A stretch of 64,000 bases of DNA, taken from positions 381,315-445,314 of the forward strand of contig VRVR01000003.1 in assembly GCA_009859145.1 (NCBI GenBank), read 5' to 3'. This document shows, piece by piece, positions 22,207-31,930 of the stretch. Numbering within the stretch: the first letter of the stretch is position 1; each line of letters starts with the position of its first letter. The notes below the pieces were generated by a model that did no database searches, had not been told where the DNA came from, and saw only the letters and a list, made by a program, of their open reading frames with translations. The DNA comes from Andalucia godoyi And28. Its lineage: Eukaryota > Protista > Jakobida. Made by a program: the position numbers and the translations under genes.

Positions 22207-22504
22207 CAGCAATCTGCAGAAGGAAAAAGGCCAGCCTTCATTCAACAGCAATATCGACGGCTGTAAAAAATCCCTACCATACTACGGTATCTGAACCCCA
22301 CAGCTGTCCTACCAGACGTTTTTGGAGTTGGAGCATAAAAGTAGCGTATAACAACAACCTGCGGTGGTTGGCTTGTGCGTGTGGAGTACGTTGGATATCA
22401 AAAGGGGCTCACTTGATTGCAGATCGTCGGAAAAAGGCATTGCCAACGGTGTTTGTCTTTGATCTGAGAAGTGTGTTTATCGTGAGCGTGTGTTCGACGA
22501 AGGA

Positions 22505-22732
22505 ATGGTTCAATCTCGGGATATTCATCGCAAGAAACGGCGGTCGACCGACGATAAACAGGTACGATTTGCTGTCCCGGAGTCCGAGTCTCGACTGTTC
22601 TCCAACGACTATGAGACCGATGATATTGTCTGTTGTGTCTCGCGCCTTGTTCTCGGCTTGGTCGTCGCATGCCTGATCTATTATGCCGTTTCCCAAGCAC
22701 TGTCGATCAACCTCGTCGAAATCCGCAGATAG
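22505..22732 (+). CDS. Small hypothetical single-pass membrane protein (75 aa)
   Basis: MVQSRDIHRKKRRSTDDKQVRF...DDIVCCVSRLVLGLVVACLIYYAVSQALSINLVEIRR: a basic cluster plus one hydrophobic helix. The short ORF could be spurious. Confidence 0.35.
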   Translation: MVQSRDIHRKKRRSTDDKQVRFAVPESESRLFSNDYETDDIVCCVSRLVLGLVVACLIYYAVSQALSINLVEIRR

Positions 22733-22843
22733 CACCGTCTCTGGCTCGCTGTTGCTTATATGTGTTTGTGTCAGGAGGGATGGTTTGGTCTTTGGGCAGA
22801 AGTGAAGAAGGCAGAAAAAGGAGAAACCTGGGATTCAATTTCT

Positions 22844-24116
22844 TTATCTGGCGATTGTGGACAAGATTGCGGCGAGCTTCTGGATGCCCTCTCCGTACAT
22901 GAAAGGTCTGACGGTGTCTTGCAGTGCCAGGATAATCTGTGTTTGGTCCTGCGGAAGTTCGGTCAGCTGACCTCTGCTGAGCCCCAGTAACGCAGTCAGA
23001 TGCTCGGGTCCCATTTTGAGTGCGTGGAGCATGCGCAACACTGTATTTGCAAGATTCACATCCAACACAGGTTCCCCAGACGATCCGTTCATCGGGCCAC
23101 CGGCAGACGACGACAATCCTGACGAAGGCATCATAGCAGGGATAGAAGAAGAAGACATGGCAGGTGCAGACAGTGAGCTTGTCATGGGTGTTGCTGACAG
23201 TGCAGGACCAGCACCAGGTGCAGGTGCCGGCGCAGGTGCAGGTGCAGGAGCAGGTTGTGTGGGTGCAATCATTCCAATGTCGACTTGAAGCTTCAGAAGT
23301 GCGAGGGCGAGAGAAGGGTTCTGGGCAAGCAACGACTTTGCTTCCTCGGGAGACTTTTCCGCGATCGTTCGCATTTGCGCAATCACTTCGTACTTTTGCT
23401 CATAGGTAAGCGATGCAACGATCGAGTCAATCCCCGAATCAAACGACGGCGCAGACTGTGGAACATGAATCGCTCCAGATGACGCGGACAAATTTGCCGA
23501 AGGATTGCTCGATCCGTAGTAAGATGATGAGGAGGAGGAGGAAGAAGATGATGATGATGGTTGTTGAGATGCCGGCCCGCTCCCTTCAGATCCTGAAAAC
23601 TGAATTCGAAGAAGGCGATCGTGAAGCTTGTATCCATTCACTGTTTTTTTTGTTTAGACCAAGGGGAAGAAAATGAGCATAGAATAGTCGAAATGAAAAA
23701 AGGAGTGAGGAATAGCCGAAACAAAGAAAGATGCATACGCTTGGCAATGCACGCTCGCGCACCTGATTCATCAGCATATTCAACGAAGCCGTATCCACGA
23801 GGTTTGTTATCTGCGTCTCTCATCATTTTGAACGAAACAAGTGGTCCACAAGAGGAGAGCACGTCCCTGAGTTCCTCGTCCGTAGTGCGGTACGCCACAT
23901 TTCCCACTAGTAGAAGAAGTACATTTAAAGTAAACAGAAAGCCAGGGTTTGTTTGTTTGTTTGGTTAGTGAGTTACATCGTCCGTTCGTTCCATTGTTCG
24001 TTGCGCTTCGCTAAACAATTTGCAAGACACAAAGGCGAGAGATGGGGAAAACACATGGAAGAAACGCACGTTGGAAGAGAAGACATACCGAATAAGCTCT
24101 TGATCGAAGGTGCCAT
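22844..24116 (-). CDS. CSTF2: Cleavage stimulation factor 64 kDa subunit (CstF-64/RNA15); exons 24116-24089, 23906-23739, 23640-22844
   Basis: Spliced RRM MAPSIKSLFVGNVAY...KPRGYGFVEY...IAKLNGYKLHDRLLRIQF, hinge (IAQMRTIAEKSPEEAKSLLAQNPSLALALL), and C-terminal LGLSRGQLTELPQDQTQIILAL resembling CSTF_C. Both introns are GTATG..AG with matching phases. Confidence 0.9.
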
Positions 24117-24330
24117 TTTCTTGGAGATTGCAGGTCTATGACAATGAAGGATTGCAAAAAGGAAGAAGAAAGTAAAAGCGGCAAGGGGAAAAAAAGAGAA
24201 AATGAACCATGATAAAACAATAACTCGAGCAGGGCTGCAGGAACAGCTGACCATTTTGTGTATGAACGTCAAACAATGCATCATGCTGAAAAGGTTTTAC
24301 TCACCACCTAACCCTACGGAGAACGCGGTG

Positions 24331-24878
24331 TTCTTACTGTAGTCAAGTCTGGTATTTCTTTCATTCTGCACTTTTTCTTCTGTCTTTCTGTTTTTTTCTG
24401 TTTGTTAGTTTTTTAAATAATCGAACCCTCAAGCAGACAAAGCATCTCATGGCTCCAGAGAGGGATCTTCCCAGCAAACGCAACCCGGCCATGCTCGAAG
24501 ATGCCGAAACCCAAGAAACCTGTTGATCCCTCTCATCGCACCTGCTGAGCAGAGCGGATGATCATCTAATCACGAAAGATGTGATCGAATTGCGTTCGGA
24601 ATGCGCCTTTCAAGTCAGAGAACAAGAAGAAGCAAGGGCAAATGCGTCGTCAGGCGCAATGTGCAACACCGCCGACCACGTTCTGTTTTCCTCCAACATT
24701 CATCTTTTGAATGCTGAATCGAGTGGGGGGAATATATGGTAGTTGCGATGACCCTTTGACTGCATGGAAGAGTTGGTGCTCGCCCCCTCAAATAAAAGCC
24801 AAACCTGTGGCTTGGTTCTGTCTTCAGTGACAGCTTAGACGATGATGACCGATAATGATTCATGTCTCTGACGAGCGG
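24331..24878. repeat. Dispersed ~550-bp repeat, copy A
   Basis: 24416-24865 aligns without gaps to 37259-37708 (offset 12843) with 6 substitutions in 450 nt. Weaker homology continues into both flanks. Confidence 0.95.
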
Positions 24879-25951
24879 GAAATGGCACAATACAAAAAAA
24901 AAACCCTAGCTTTTGTTTTTTGCTTTGTGTTGTAGTATTTCCTGTCGCGCTCTTTCCCATTTTCGCTGTCTTATTGTTTCGCCTCTGTCTTTGTATTTTT
25001 ATATCTTTCCATTGTCTTTTGGTTGCGTGTTGTTTTGGTTGTTCGATCTGAGTTTATTGGGTGTTGTAGTGTATGTATTTAGCATCGCTCTTTGTCTTTC
25101 TTTTCTTTTTGTCGTCTTTCTTTGACTCTGCATGTCCCTGCGTGCGTCGCCGTGGGGAGGGTTGAAGAAGGATGAGGTGGAAATGGTGTTTTTGGATAGG
25201 ATGATGTCTAAATCTTTGAGATCCGAATTATACATGTGGCCTTTTACAAGCATATGCCTGACGATCCAAAAACACCATTTCCCCACACGTGCTTCAATGT
25301 CTTTTTTCTCTCTTTCTTTTTTTTCCTTTCTTTTTCTTTTTTGTTGTGAGGAAATGTATTTTGAAATGCATCGAGTTGCTAATGTCGCCTTTTTATCACA
25401 CCAAGTGAATGAGTCCATGATTTTGAAACTCGACTCGAGGTTGTCACTACTTGTCTGGCAGATACTCTTTGAGTTTTGATGGTTCAATGTTGTTTGGAAA
25501 CTCGCGATTCAATTTCCTGCTCAGAAATAAAGCAATTTTATTATATAGCTCCCCTGATCCTTGAGGCTCGGATCTAACTCATCATTCATATCAGCACGAG
25601 CAATTCTTTCCTCGGAACGGAACGGGAAAACCTAATCACAACAAAAGCAAAAGCAAAACAAAACAAAAAAGGAAAGAGTGCACTAAATCGACTGTAGTTG
25701 CCCACGCATGTTTTTGTGTATTTTTAACACATAAAATAAGAGTATGATTCATATCCAAGCAGTGCAGGATGGACTCGCCAAACTGCCCTCATGCTGGTTT
25801 GAGGAGTTTCCGCTATTCACGGTTTTCTTTTCTTTTTCTTTTCTTTCTTCTTGCTCTTTCCTGCTGTTTTCGTCATCATCGTCTTTCTTTCTTTCGTCCA
25901 TCATCGACTTTCCCCTTTCTATTTCCCGTAGCAATCAGCAATTGAAAACAT

Positions 25952-25982
<31 letters not shown>

Positions 25983-26257
25983 GTACAAAGAGTTCCAACA
26001 TTTGGCCTTCAGTATTATGAGAATCTAAGACAATCGTTTTCAAAAAAATCTGTACATTTAGTTGTTGTTTTTCTTTTTTTTTTAATTAATTATTCTATTT
26101 TAATTAATCCATAAGTGTTTTTCTTTCCACCCTTCTCCTTTTGTCCGTTTGTTTTTTATTTTTTGTTTTAAATTTTTCCCTTGCGGCTTCTTTTTTCCAT
26201 TGAATTTTAATAATCCAAAAGAGGAATAGAAGGGAATAGACTCGAAAAAGAAGAGAA

Positions 26258-27172
26258 ATGGGCCAGTCTGTGCGGAATTGCGGGTCGACGTGGCAATGCT
26301 TCAAAGTGGGGACGAACCTTGCGCTGTGTCTAATAGCACTTCTTACTGCTCTTTCGCTTTTGATCTACACATTTGGTATGGCGTATTTTCGAAGAGTTCC
26401 TGTGCGGAAATGGGGAATTGTGATGCTGTGCATGGGGTTTTTAGAAGTGTTTTTCCTTAGCCTTCACTATGCATTTCTGAAAAATGTCGCCTGGACGTTT
26501 GTAGGACACTATTTCGAATCGCTGCAGTTCACGTATCTCACCTATGTCTTTGCACGACATGCTTGCAACATGTTTAAAAAGAAGGAGTTGATCGGCCGAG
26601 TGTTGATTCCGTTCTTTTCGATCGTGACCGTCTTCCTCTCGATTCTCTTCCTGTACATCTTCATCGCTGCGCTGCTCAACGACATTGATCCGGACGACTG
26701 CAGAGATGTGCACTGGATTCTGAACTCGGCTGTCAGCTTTGGCCTGGCATTGCTCTTTATGCTCCTTGGTCTGTTCATTCTGAATCGCCTGGCGAGAGTA
26801 CGGATGGCAGCTCCGTTGCGTGCGCGCAAGAAAAAGCAACTATGGTCACTTATGCTTATCTACTTTGGCTCTGCATTCACATCGTTTGCATATGACTGTG
26901 TGTCGTTTTCGCTGTCGAATGCGACCGAGTGCGACAACTTTTTTGGAGAAGATGCGGCAAACGCAATCTTTGTAGTGATTGTTCGGTTCGTCGGATTATT
27001 GTTGCCGGTGTTTGGAATCTGCATGTTTGAATTCATGTCCGTCCACAAGCCTCTCAAAAAGAGAACGTATAACCACGCATTCCAAGGACATCTTCCGAGC
27101 GGGACCTTCCCGAATGGCAGAGTGCCGCTGATGCAATCAAGTGGACCAGTGGACGATGGAACACAAATGTGA
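26258..27172 (+). CDS. Seven-transmembrane protein (GPCR-like/THH1-TOM1-like)
   Basis: 304 aa with about seven hydrophobic segments, basic cytoplasmic loops and paired extracellular cysteines. Confidence 0.75.
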   Translation: MGQSVRNCGSTWQCFKVGTNLALCLIALLTALSLLIYTFGMAYFRRVPVRKWGIVMLCMGFLEVFFLSLHYAFLKNVAWTFVGHYFESLQFTYLTYVFARHACNMFKKKELIGRVLIPFFSIVTVFLSILFLYIFIAALLNDIDPDDCRDVHWILNSAVSFGLALLFMLLGLFILNRLARVRMAAPLRARKKKQLWSLMLIYFGSAFTSFAYDCVSFSLSNATECDNFFGEDAANAIFVVIVRFVGLLLPVFGICMFEFMSVHKPLKKRTYNHAFQGHLPSGTFPNGRVPLMQSSGPVDDGTQM

Positions 27173-27409
27173 ACCGGTCGTTAATTGTTTTCAAAGAAAT
27201 TGCAGTATGCAACAACAACAACAAGAAACGATCGCTAAAACAAACATTTCAGTAAGGAAAGGGAAAGGGAACTCTGGGTTGTCAAAAACATGTATTATAA
27301 TCACTGGAGGAAAAATGTTTGTGACAATGAAAGATAACGCATTAGAATACGATGAGTGTCAAATTGCATGCACTACATCTTGCACAGAGTAGTGGCACTG
27401 GCAGCTTCC

Positions 27410-28282
27410 TCACTCTGCCTTCCGTGCTTTTGCATTCACAGAAGTGGACTGAATAATCGTATTCTTTTGGCTGGCAAGCTTCTTCAGATCGGCGTACATG
27501 ACCTGTTCATGCTTGTACGTTCCGCAGAGCTTATCCCAAAACGTGAAGTACTGTCCATAGTTGTAATTGAACTGGACATGGTGAACATTGTGGTATCCCG
27601 CGCCATTGATTCCAAACCTTTCGCAAATTGTGATGCGATCGTGGATGGAAATCGTCCACATGTTGACTCCGAGCAGCAGCACAACATGCTGGATGTGGTG
27701 CATCGGCAGGAAGTACACAAACAAGTAGTACGGGAGGCCCTGGAGAAAGCCGTCGACTGGATGGAATGCATGTGACGTCCACGGAGTAACATGCAGCGAG
27801 CCATGGTGCGGCTTGTGGATGAACCGGTAGATGGACGGATGGTGCAGTCCTCTGTGGATCCAATAAATTGCGCAATCTGCAAGTGCCAAGAAACCTACCG
27901 TGGTATACAGGATCGTCATCCATCCTTTCCCGTCCGCATAGACATCATAGTACATGTGAGAGTACCCCAAGTCGATGCCAAGGTAGAAAAAGGACACCAT
28001 GATGGCCTCGAAAAACATGGAAATCACAGACAACTTGATGTCTTTCCAGTTCTGTCCTGCAGGTACTTCGTCGCCCTTGGGAAAATTCGCCTTCTTGTTG
28101 CGCACAAACACATAGTAGAAGTCCAGACCGGAAAAGCAAAAGTAAAGTGCAATTGCAGACACGTAAATCACAATCATGTATCCAACAAAAATGCGCCACA
28201 ACGGATACGACGAAAAGTCAAACGGAATTCCGAGCACCTTTTCGTCGAACTGCTGCTGACAAAATCGCACAATCGTCTCCAT
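27410..28282 (-). CDS. ERG3: Sterol C5-desaturase (fatty acid hydroxylase superfamily)
   Basis: His boxes YWIHRGLH, IHKPHH, SIHD and HNVHH, the TPWTSHAFHPVDGFLQ motif, and YNYGQYFTFWDKLCGT. Confidence 0.9.
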   Translation of the reverse strand: METIVRFCQQQFDEKVLGIPFDFSSYPLWRIFVGYMIVIYVSAIALYFCFSGLDFYYVFVRNKKANFPKGDEVPAGQNWKDIKLSVISMFFEAIMVSFFYLGIDLGYSHMYYDVYADGKGWMTILYTTVGFLALADCAIYWIHRGLHHPSIYRFIHKPHHGSLHVTPWTSHAFHPVDGFLQGLPYYLFVYFLPMHHIQHVVLLLGVNMWTISIHDRITICERFGINGAGYHNVHHVQFNYNYGQYFTFWDKLCGTYKHEQVMYADLKKLASQKNTIIQSTSVNAKARKAE

Positions 28283-28940
28283 TTTTTTCTTTCCTCTTCT
28301 TCGGAGGCCTCTTTCTCTCTCCCGGTCTCTCCTTTAATTAAAAAAAGAAACCTTCGACTCGTAAACGGAAAGGAACAGCGAAAGGGGGGAGAAAAACGTG
28401 TATGAAAGAACAAACAGCCAAAACGAAAACGCTAAAATAAAATAAAACCAGCAAAGAAAGAGAGGAAAAATCAAAAAAAGAGCGACGTTCAAAATTGGAT
28501 TTTCAGATGTTCAGAGGAGAAAATAGACAGGGTAACCGTAGTTGAAAACCCCAAAACGCACGGGTTTTTCCCATCCGGTTAGAACTAAATATATAAAAAA
28601 TACGAGATCTTCCACGATTTTCGAGTGTTTTATTCTGCTCTTAATTATTTGGATTGGTTGCGAGTTGGTCACTCATGGAGGCATGTGCAGCGGTGATGGA
28701 TCAATATCTATTTGAAGAACATCGCGCATATGCACTGGTGTGCTCGACGACTGGTGTTCGTAGGATCGATTGTCAGGCAGCACTGCAATCGTATCAATTA
28801 GAACCAGTTAGAACCAATACGTGTGTGGGAAATGCAGGGAATTTTTTTTGGGGGGAAAGGGATTCGAAAAACGTGCAATCGCAAACGTGCAATTTTCTCC
28901 AGCCTTTTTTTCAACATGAAGCTCGAATACGGCATGCGCT

Positions 28941-30045
28941 ATGAGCACCGAGGAAGAAAGCAGGAATAAGTGCGTGTGGTGTCGTGTATGAGCGACTGAG
29001 ACACAAACAAAAGACACAGAGACAGAAAGGGTGAATGTATCAGGTATTAGAGCTATTTGGATATGGAGTGTTTGATTCATTGAATCCGCTTGCGATAAGT
29101 CACATCTTTTATTGCTCGCCGACTCTTCGCCAGAGGTTTTTGCAGTGTTTTGTGCTGAATGGACTCATCTTTCTTGGTTCTTTGCTGCTTTCAGAGCGTC
29201 TTGTTTTTCCATTTTTTGACGCATTTCTGGCTTCCAGAACAGATCCTTCACACTCGCTGTTTCTCAAAACCGTGTTTTCCATCCTGTACAATATCGTGTG
29301 GACATATCCTATTTACACCGTCTCATTCGTGCTGAATACGGTGTGGTACTCGGATATGGCTGTTCATGCATTTCGGGTGAATCATTCTTCCAGTCTCAAT
29401 CCCCCTCCTAATCCAAATCTCAAACCGAGTCAGCTGCATCAACGTGATCAGCGTCATCGCGAGAGTACTCGGCAGCAATCGGGGGGTGGTTTGTTTTCGT
29501 ACAAGGCGTTTATTGTCAGGCTGTCAGAGGAAATTCTGCGGTACTTGTCGGCTTGTACGTTCTTCGTTCAGATTGCGCTGGCGATGTTTATTCCGGTAAT
29601 AGGAGAATACGTATCGTTGCTGTTGCTATGCTCGTTCTATGCTTATTACTGCTTCGAATACAAGTGGGCGCAAATGGACTGGCCACTTGGAAGAAGAACC
29701 ATGTTTTTCGAATGCGGATTCGCGTACTTCACCGGCTTTGGAGTCCCCGCGACGGTCGCCACGTACTTTTTCCCATACTTTATCAATGCTGCTCTCTTTT
29801 CTTTCTTGTTTCCTTTGCTGATTGTCGCTGCGGTGGCTGCTGACCGCGAAGCGTGGATTGCGGAGAAGAGCAGATCGGTTCCTCGGGTTCGGGCATTCCA
29901 GCTTCCTTCCCGACTCAATTCAATCATCATCAAGCTTCTTGGAATCCAGAAGAAGCTTCGAAAAACGTCTGCGTCGTCGTCGACGACGACCGCACAAGTG
30001 ACCTCGCGTCCACGAGAACATGCGATCCGCTTCGCGATCCAGTAA
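28941..30045 (+). CDS. EI24: EI24-family autophagy-associated multi-pass membrane protein (probable exon 1 28941-28985, exon 2 29044-30045)
   Basis: FLQCFVLNGLIFLGSLL, VWTYPIYTVSFVLNTVWYSDMA and YAYYCFEYKW...FAYFTGFGVP motifs. A phase-0 GTATGA..CAG intron would add MSTEEESRNKCVWCR; otherwise the start is 29035. Confidence 0.85.
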
Positions 30046-30240
30046 AATTTGTACAGCACGCATCTATTTGTGAAACCTCATGCAGTCTCGGGAGTGCTTG
30101 CCTTTTTCTTCCCCCTTCCTTTCTTGATTCTTTTTGATTTACATTGAAAATACGAAATACAAAAATATGAATGTTATTTCTCGCTCGTTGAGGGTAGTTT
30201 TGGCGAGCGGGGAAAAAGCATCGCGTGGAGAGGATGCTTC

Positions 30241-31209
30241 TTAAGCAAGCGTGTTCGGATCGCACTCGCAGTTGGCCAGTTGCGGCTGGCTTTCAATCAC
30301 TGCTACGAGATTTTGGAGCTTGTGTGCTTCGAAGGGAACAGAGATGTAGCAAGCAAGATCGAGAAGCTTGCATTCCTTTGAAACGTCATAGAAGCATCCG
30401 CGACCGTTTTGCAGATCAAACAGCGGCACAAGATCCTTTGCGTCTGCAAACATGCGCAACTTTTCATTGTAGGTGAGCGGAAGGCCCTTTCGCTGTTGGT
30501 ACCTGAAGGTGCCCGGTGCAGAGAATGTTACTCCTTCCACATCAAACTTCTTGGACACCATTGCGGCCATTCCTCCTCCAAGGGAATGGCCCGTGACCTT
30601 CACTTCTCTTCCCGGGAAATCCTTCATGATCTGCTCCATCATGCGGGCGGAACCCTCGTAATAGTCAAAAGCAGGAGTCTTCCGGAACTGATCCCACAAA
30701 TCCCACACATCCTCCGTGTTGAATTGATGGTAATCCGGGCACGTCATCGTCAGATCCTTGAGATTGGACGGGATCCAGGCCTTGATATCTGCCCACACGT
30801 CGCGAATCGACGCGGTTCCGGGGAATCCAACGTACAAGAGATTCGGAAACTGGGCATCTTCAAACACGTACGCATAATACTTGGTCGGCGAGTCCACATA
30901 CTTCTTGTCCTTCATGTCCGCAGGCTTGAACTCTTGGTTTCCGTCATACGAAGCAAGCGAGAGATCCGTCATCAAAAGAACAAATCCACGATCGTTGGTT
31001 TCACGCTCCTTTTGCGCGCCAAACATCGAAGAATTCACCAAATAATGCTCCATCGTTGCTCCAATATTCGGACCAATCGCAACGAGATCGTGGCGCTCCG
31101 TAATCTGGAGCTCTGAATCGTGGTAGTACGACGCAGACAGTCGAATACGCTTCGCATTGACCAAAGAAGCCACCACAAATAAAAGACACACAATGAATGT
31201 TTTCCGCAT
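30241..31209 (-). CDS. Secreted or vacuolar class-3 lipase, ATG15-like
   Basis: Signal peptide MRKTFIVCLLFVVASLVNA, VGFPGT, nucleophile elbow VTGHSLGG followed by GVTFSAPG, DLVP and a late His. Confidence 0.85.
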   Translation of the reverse strand: MRKTFIVCLLFVVASLVNAKRIRLSASYYHDSELQITERHDLVAIGPNIGATMEHYLVNSSMFGAQKERETNDRGFVLLMTDLSLASYDGNQEFKPADMKDKKYVDSPTKYYAYVFEDAQFPNLLYVGFPGTASIRDVWADIKAWIPSNLKDLTMTCPDYHQFNTEDVWDLWDQFRKTPAFDYYEGSARMMEQIMKDFPGREVKVTGHSLGGGMAAMVSKKFDVEGVTFSAPGTFRYQQRKGLPLTYNEKLRMFADAKDLVPLFDLQNGRGCFYDVSKECKLLDLACYISVPFEAHKLQNLVAVIESQPQLANCECDPNTLA

Positions 31210-31419
31210 GTTTTATCTCCCGCTTTTCTCTTTTCTCCGGAAACCTCGGGTTGGAATCCTATGCACAAATGTTCGAAATTCAATAGGAGGAAGCAAGCAG
31301 AGAGGAGGGGAGGGGCGAAAAAGAAGAAAAAGAATATCCTAAATGTTCTTTTATAACATTAAAACAAAATATATAACATTAAAATAATAATAAAAAATAG
31401 CGAGTAAAATGACTGGCTT

Positions 31420-31900
31420 TTAAATGCGCAACCGTCGGGTGGCTTGCAGGTACTGGGCTGACGAGGAATTCCCTTGGAGGTGTGCAGAGCTGTCTTGCAC
31501 CATCAACATCCAATTCGAATGAAAAGAAATTCCCGACTTGACTACGGTAGGAAAGTCGTATTGTTTGGTGGTTAATGTTGATGTGCAAAAGAGCCAACCG
31601 TTGGGAAAGCGAACACAGCTTGGTGGGTTGATAATGATGTGATGGTCATCGTAGTCCTTCAAACCCGAGGGGACATTGGGATTTTGGGAGGTCCGTACTA
31701 AAAGATTGAAGAAGACGCTAGACTGCGAATAGACAACATAGTACCGAATACAATCGGGGGAACTTTTCATTTGAGAAGCGGGAATATCTAATCGAGTAAC
31801 ACAAAAGCGTACTGCATAGGACTGAGAGATCTGGGAGTATTGGGAGTTCTGGACTGGGCTCGCTTGTGATATATTTTCTGCACAACGAGGTTTTAGTTGA
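31420..31900 (-). pseudogene. Orphan open frame related to repeat copies A and B (copy C)
   Basis: The frame reads ...YVVYSQSSVFFN...TLTTKQYDFPTVVKSGISFH.... The reverse complement of 31517-31568 matches 37181-37231 at 44/52 nt. Start codon unclear. Confidence 0.45.
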
Positions 31901-31930
31901 GACGCTTCTACACAGAAAGGGCGCACGGAG

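Noticed and set aside
21000-22500. Terminal inverted repeats or target-site duplication around the Fanzor remnant
   Set aside because: No inverted repeat longer than about 7 nt was found between the flanks, so the element ends cannot be defined from one copy.
24405-24428. tRNA gene or tRNA-derived SINE head suggested by GGGTTCGATT on the minus strand
   Set aside because: No cloverleaf or A-box, and the motif sits at the wrong end for a SINE head. No tRNA or rRNA gene was recognised in the window.
28675-28944. Short ORF MEACAAVMDQYLFEEH... between ERG3 and EI24
   Set aside because: No motif or supporting signal; compatible with chance in a divergent promoter or 5' UTR.
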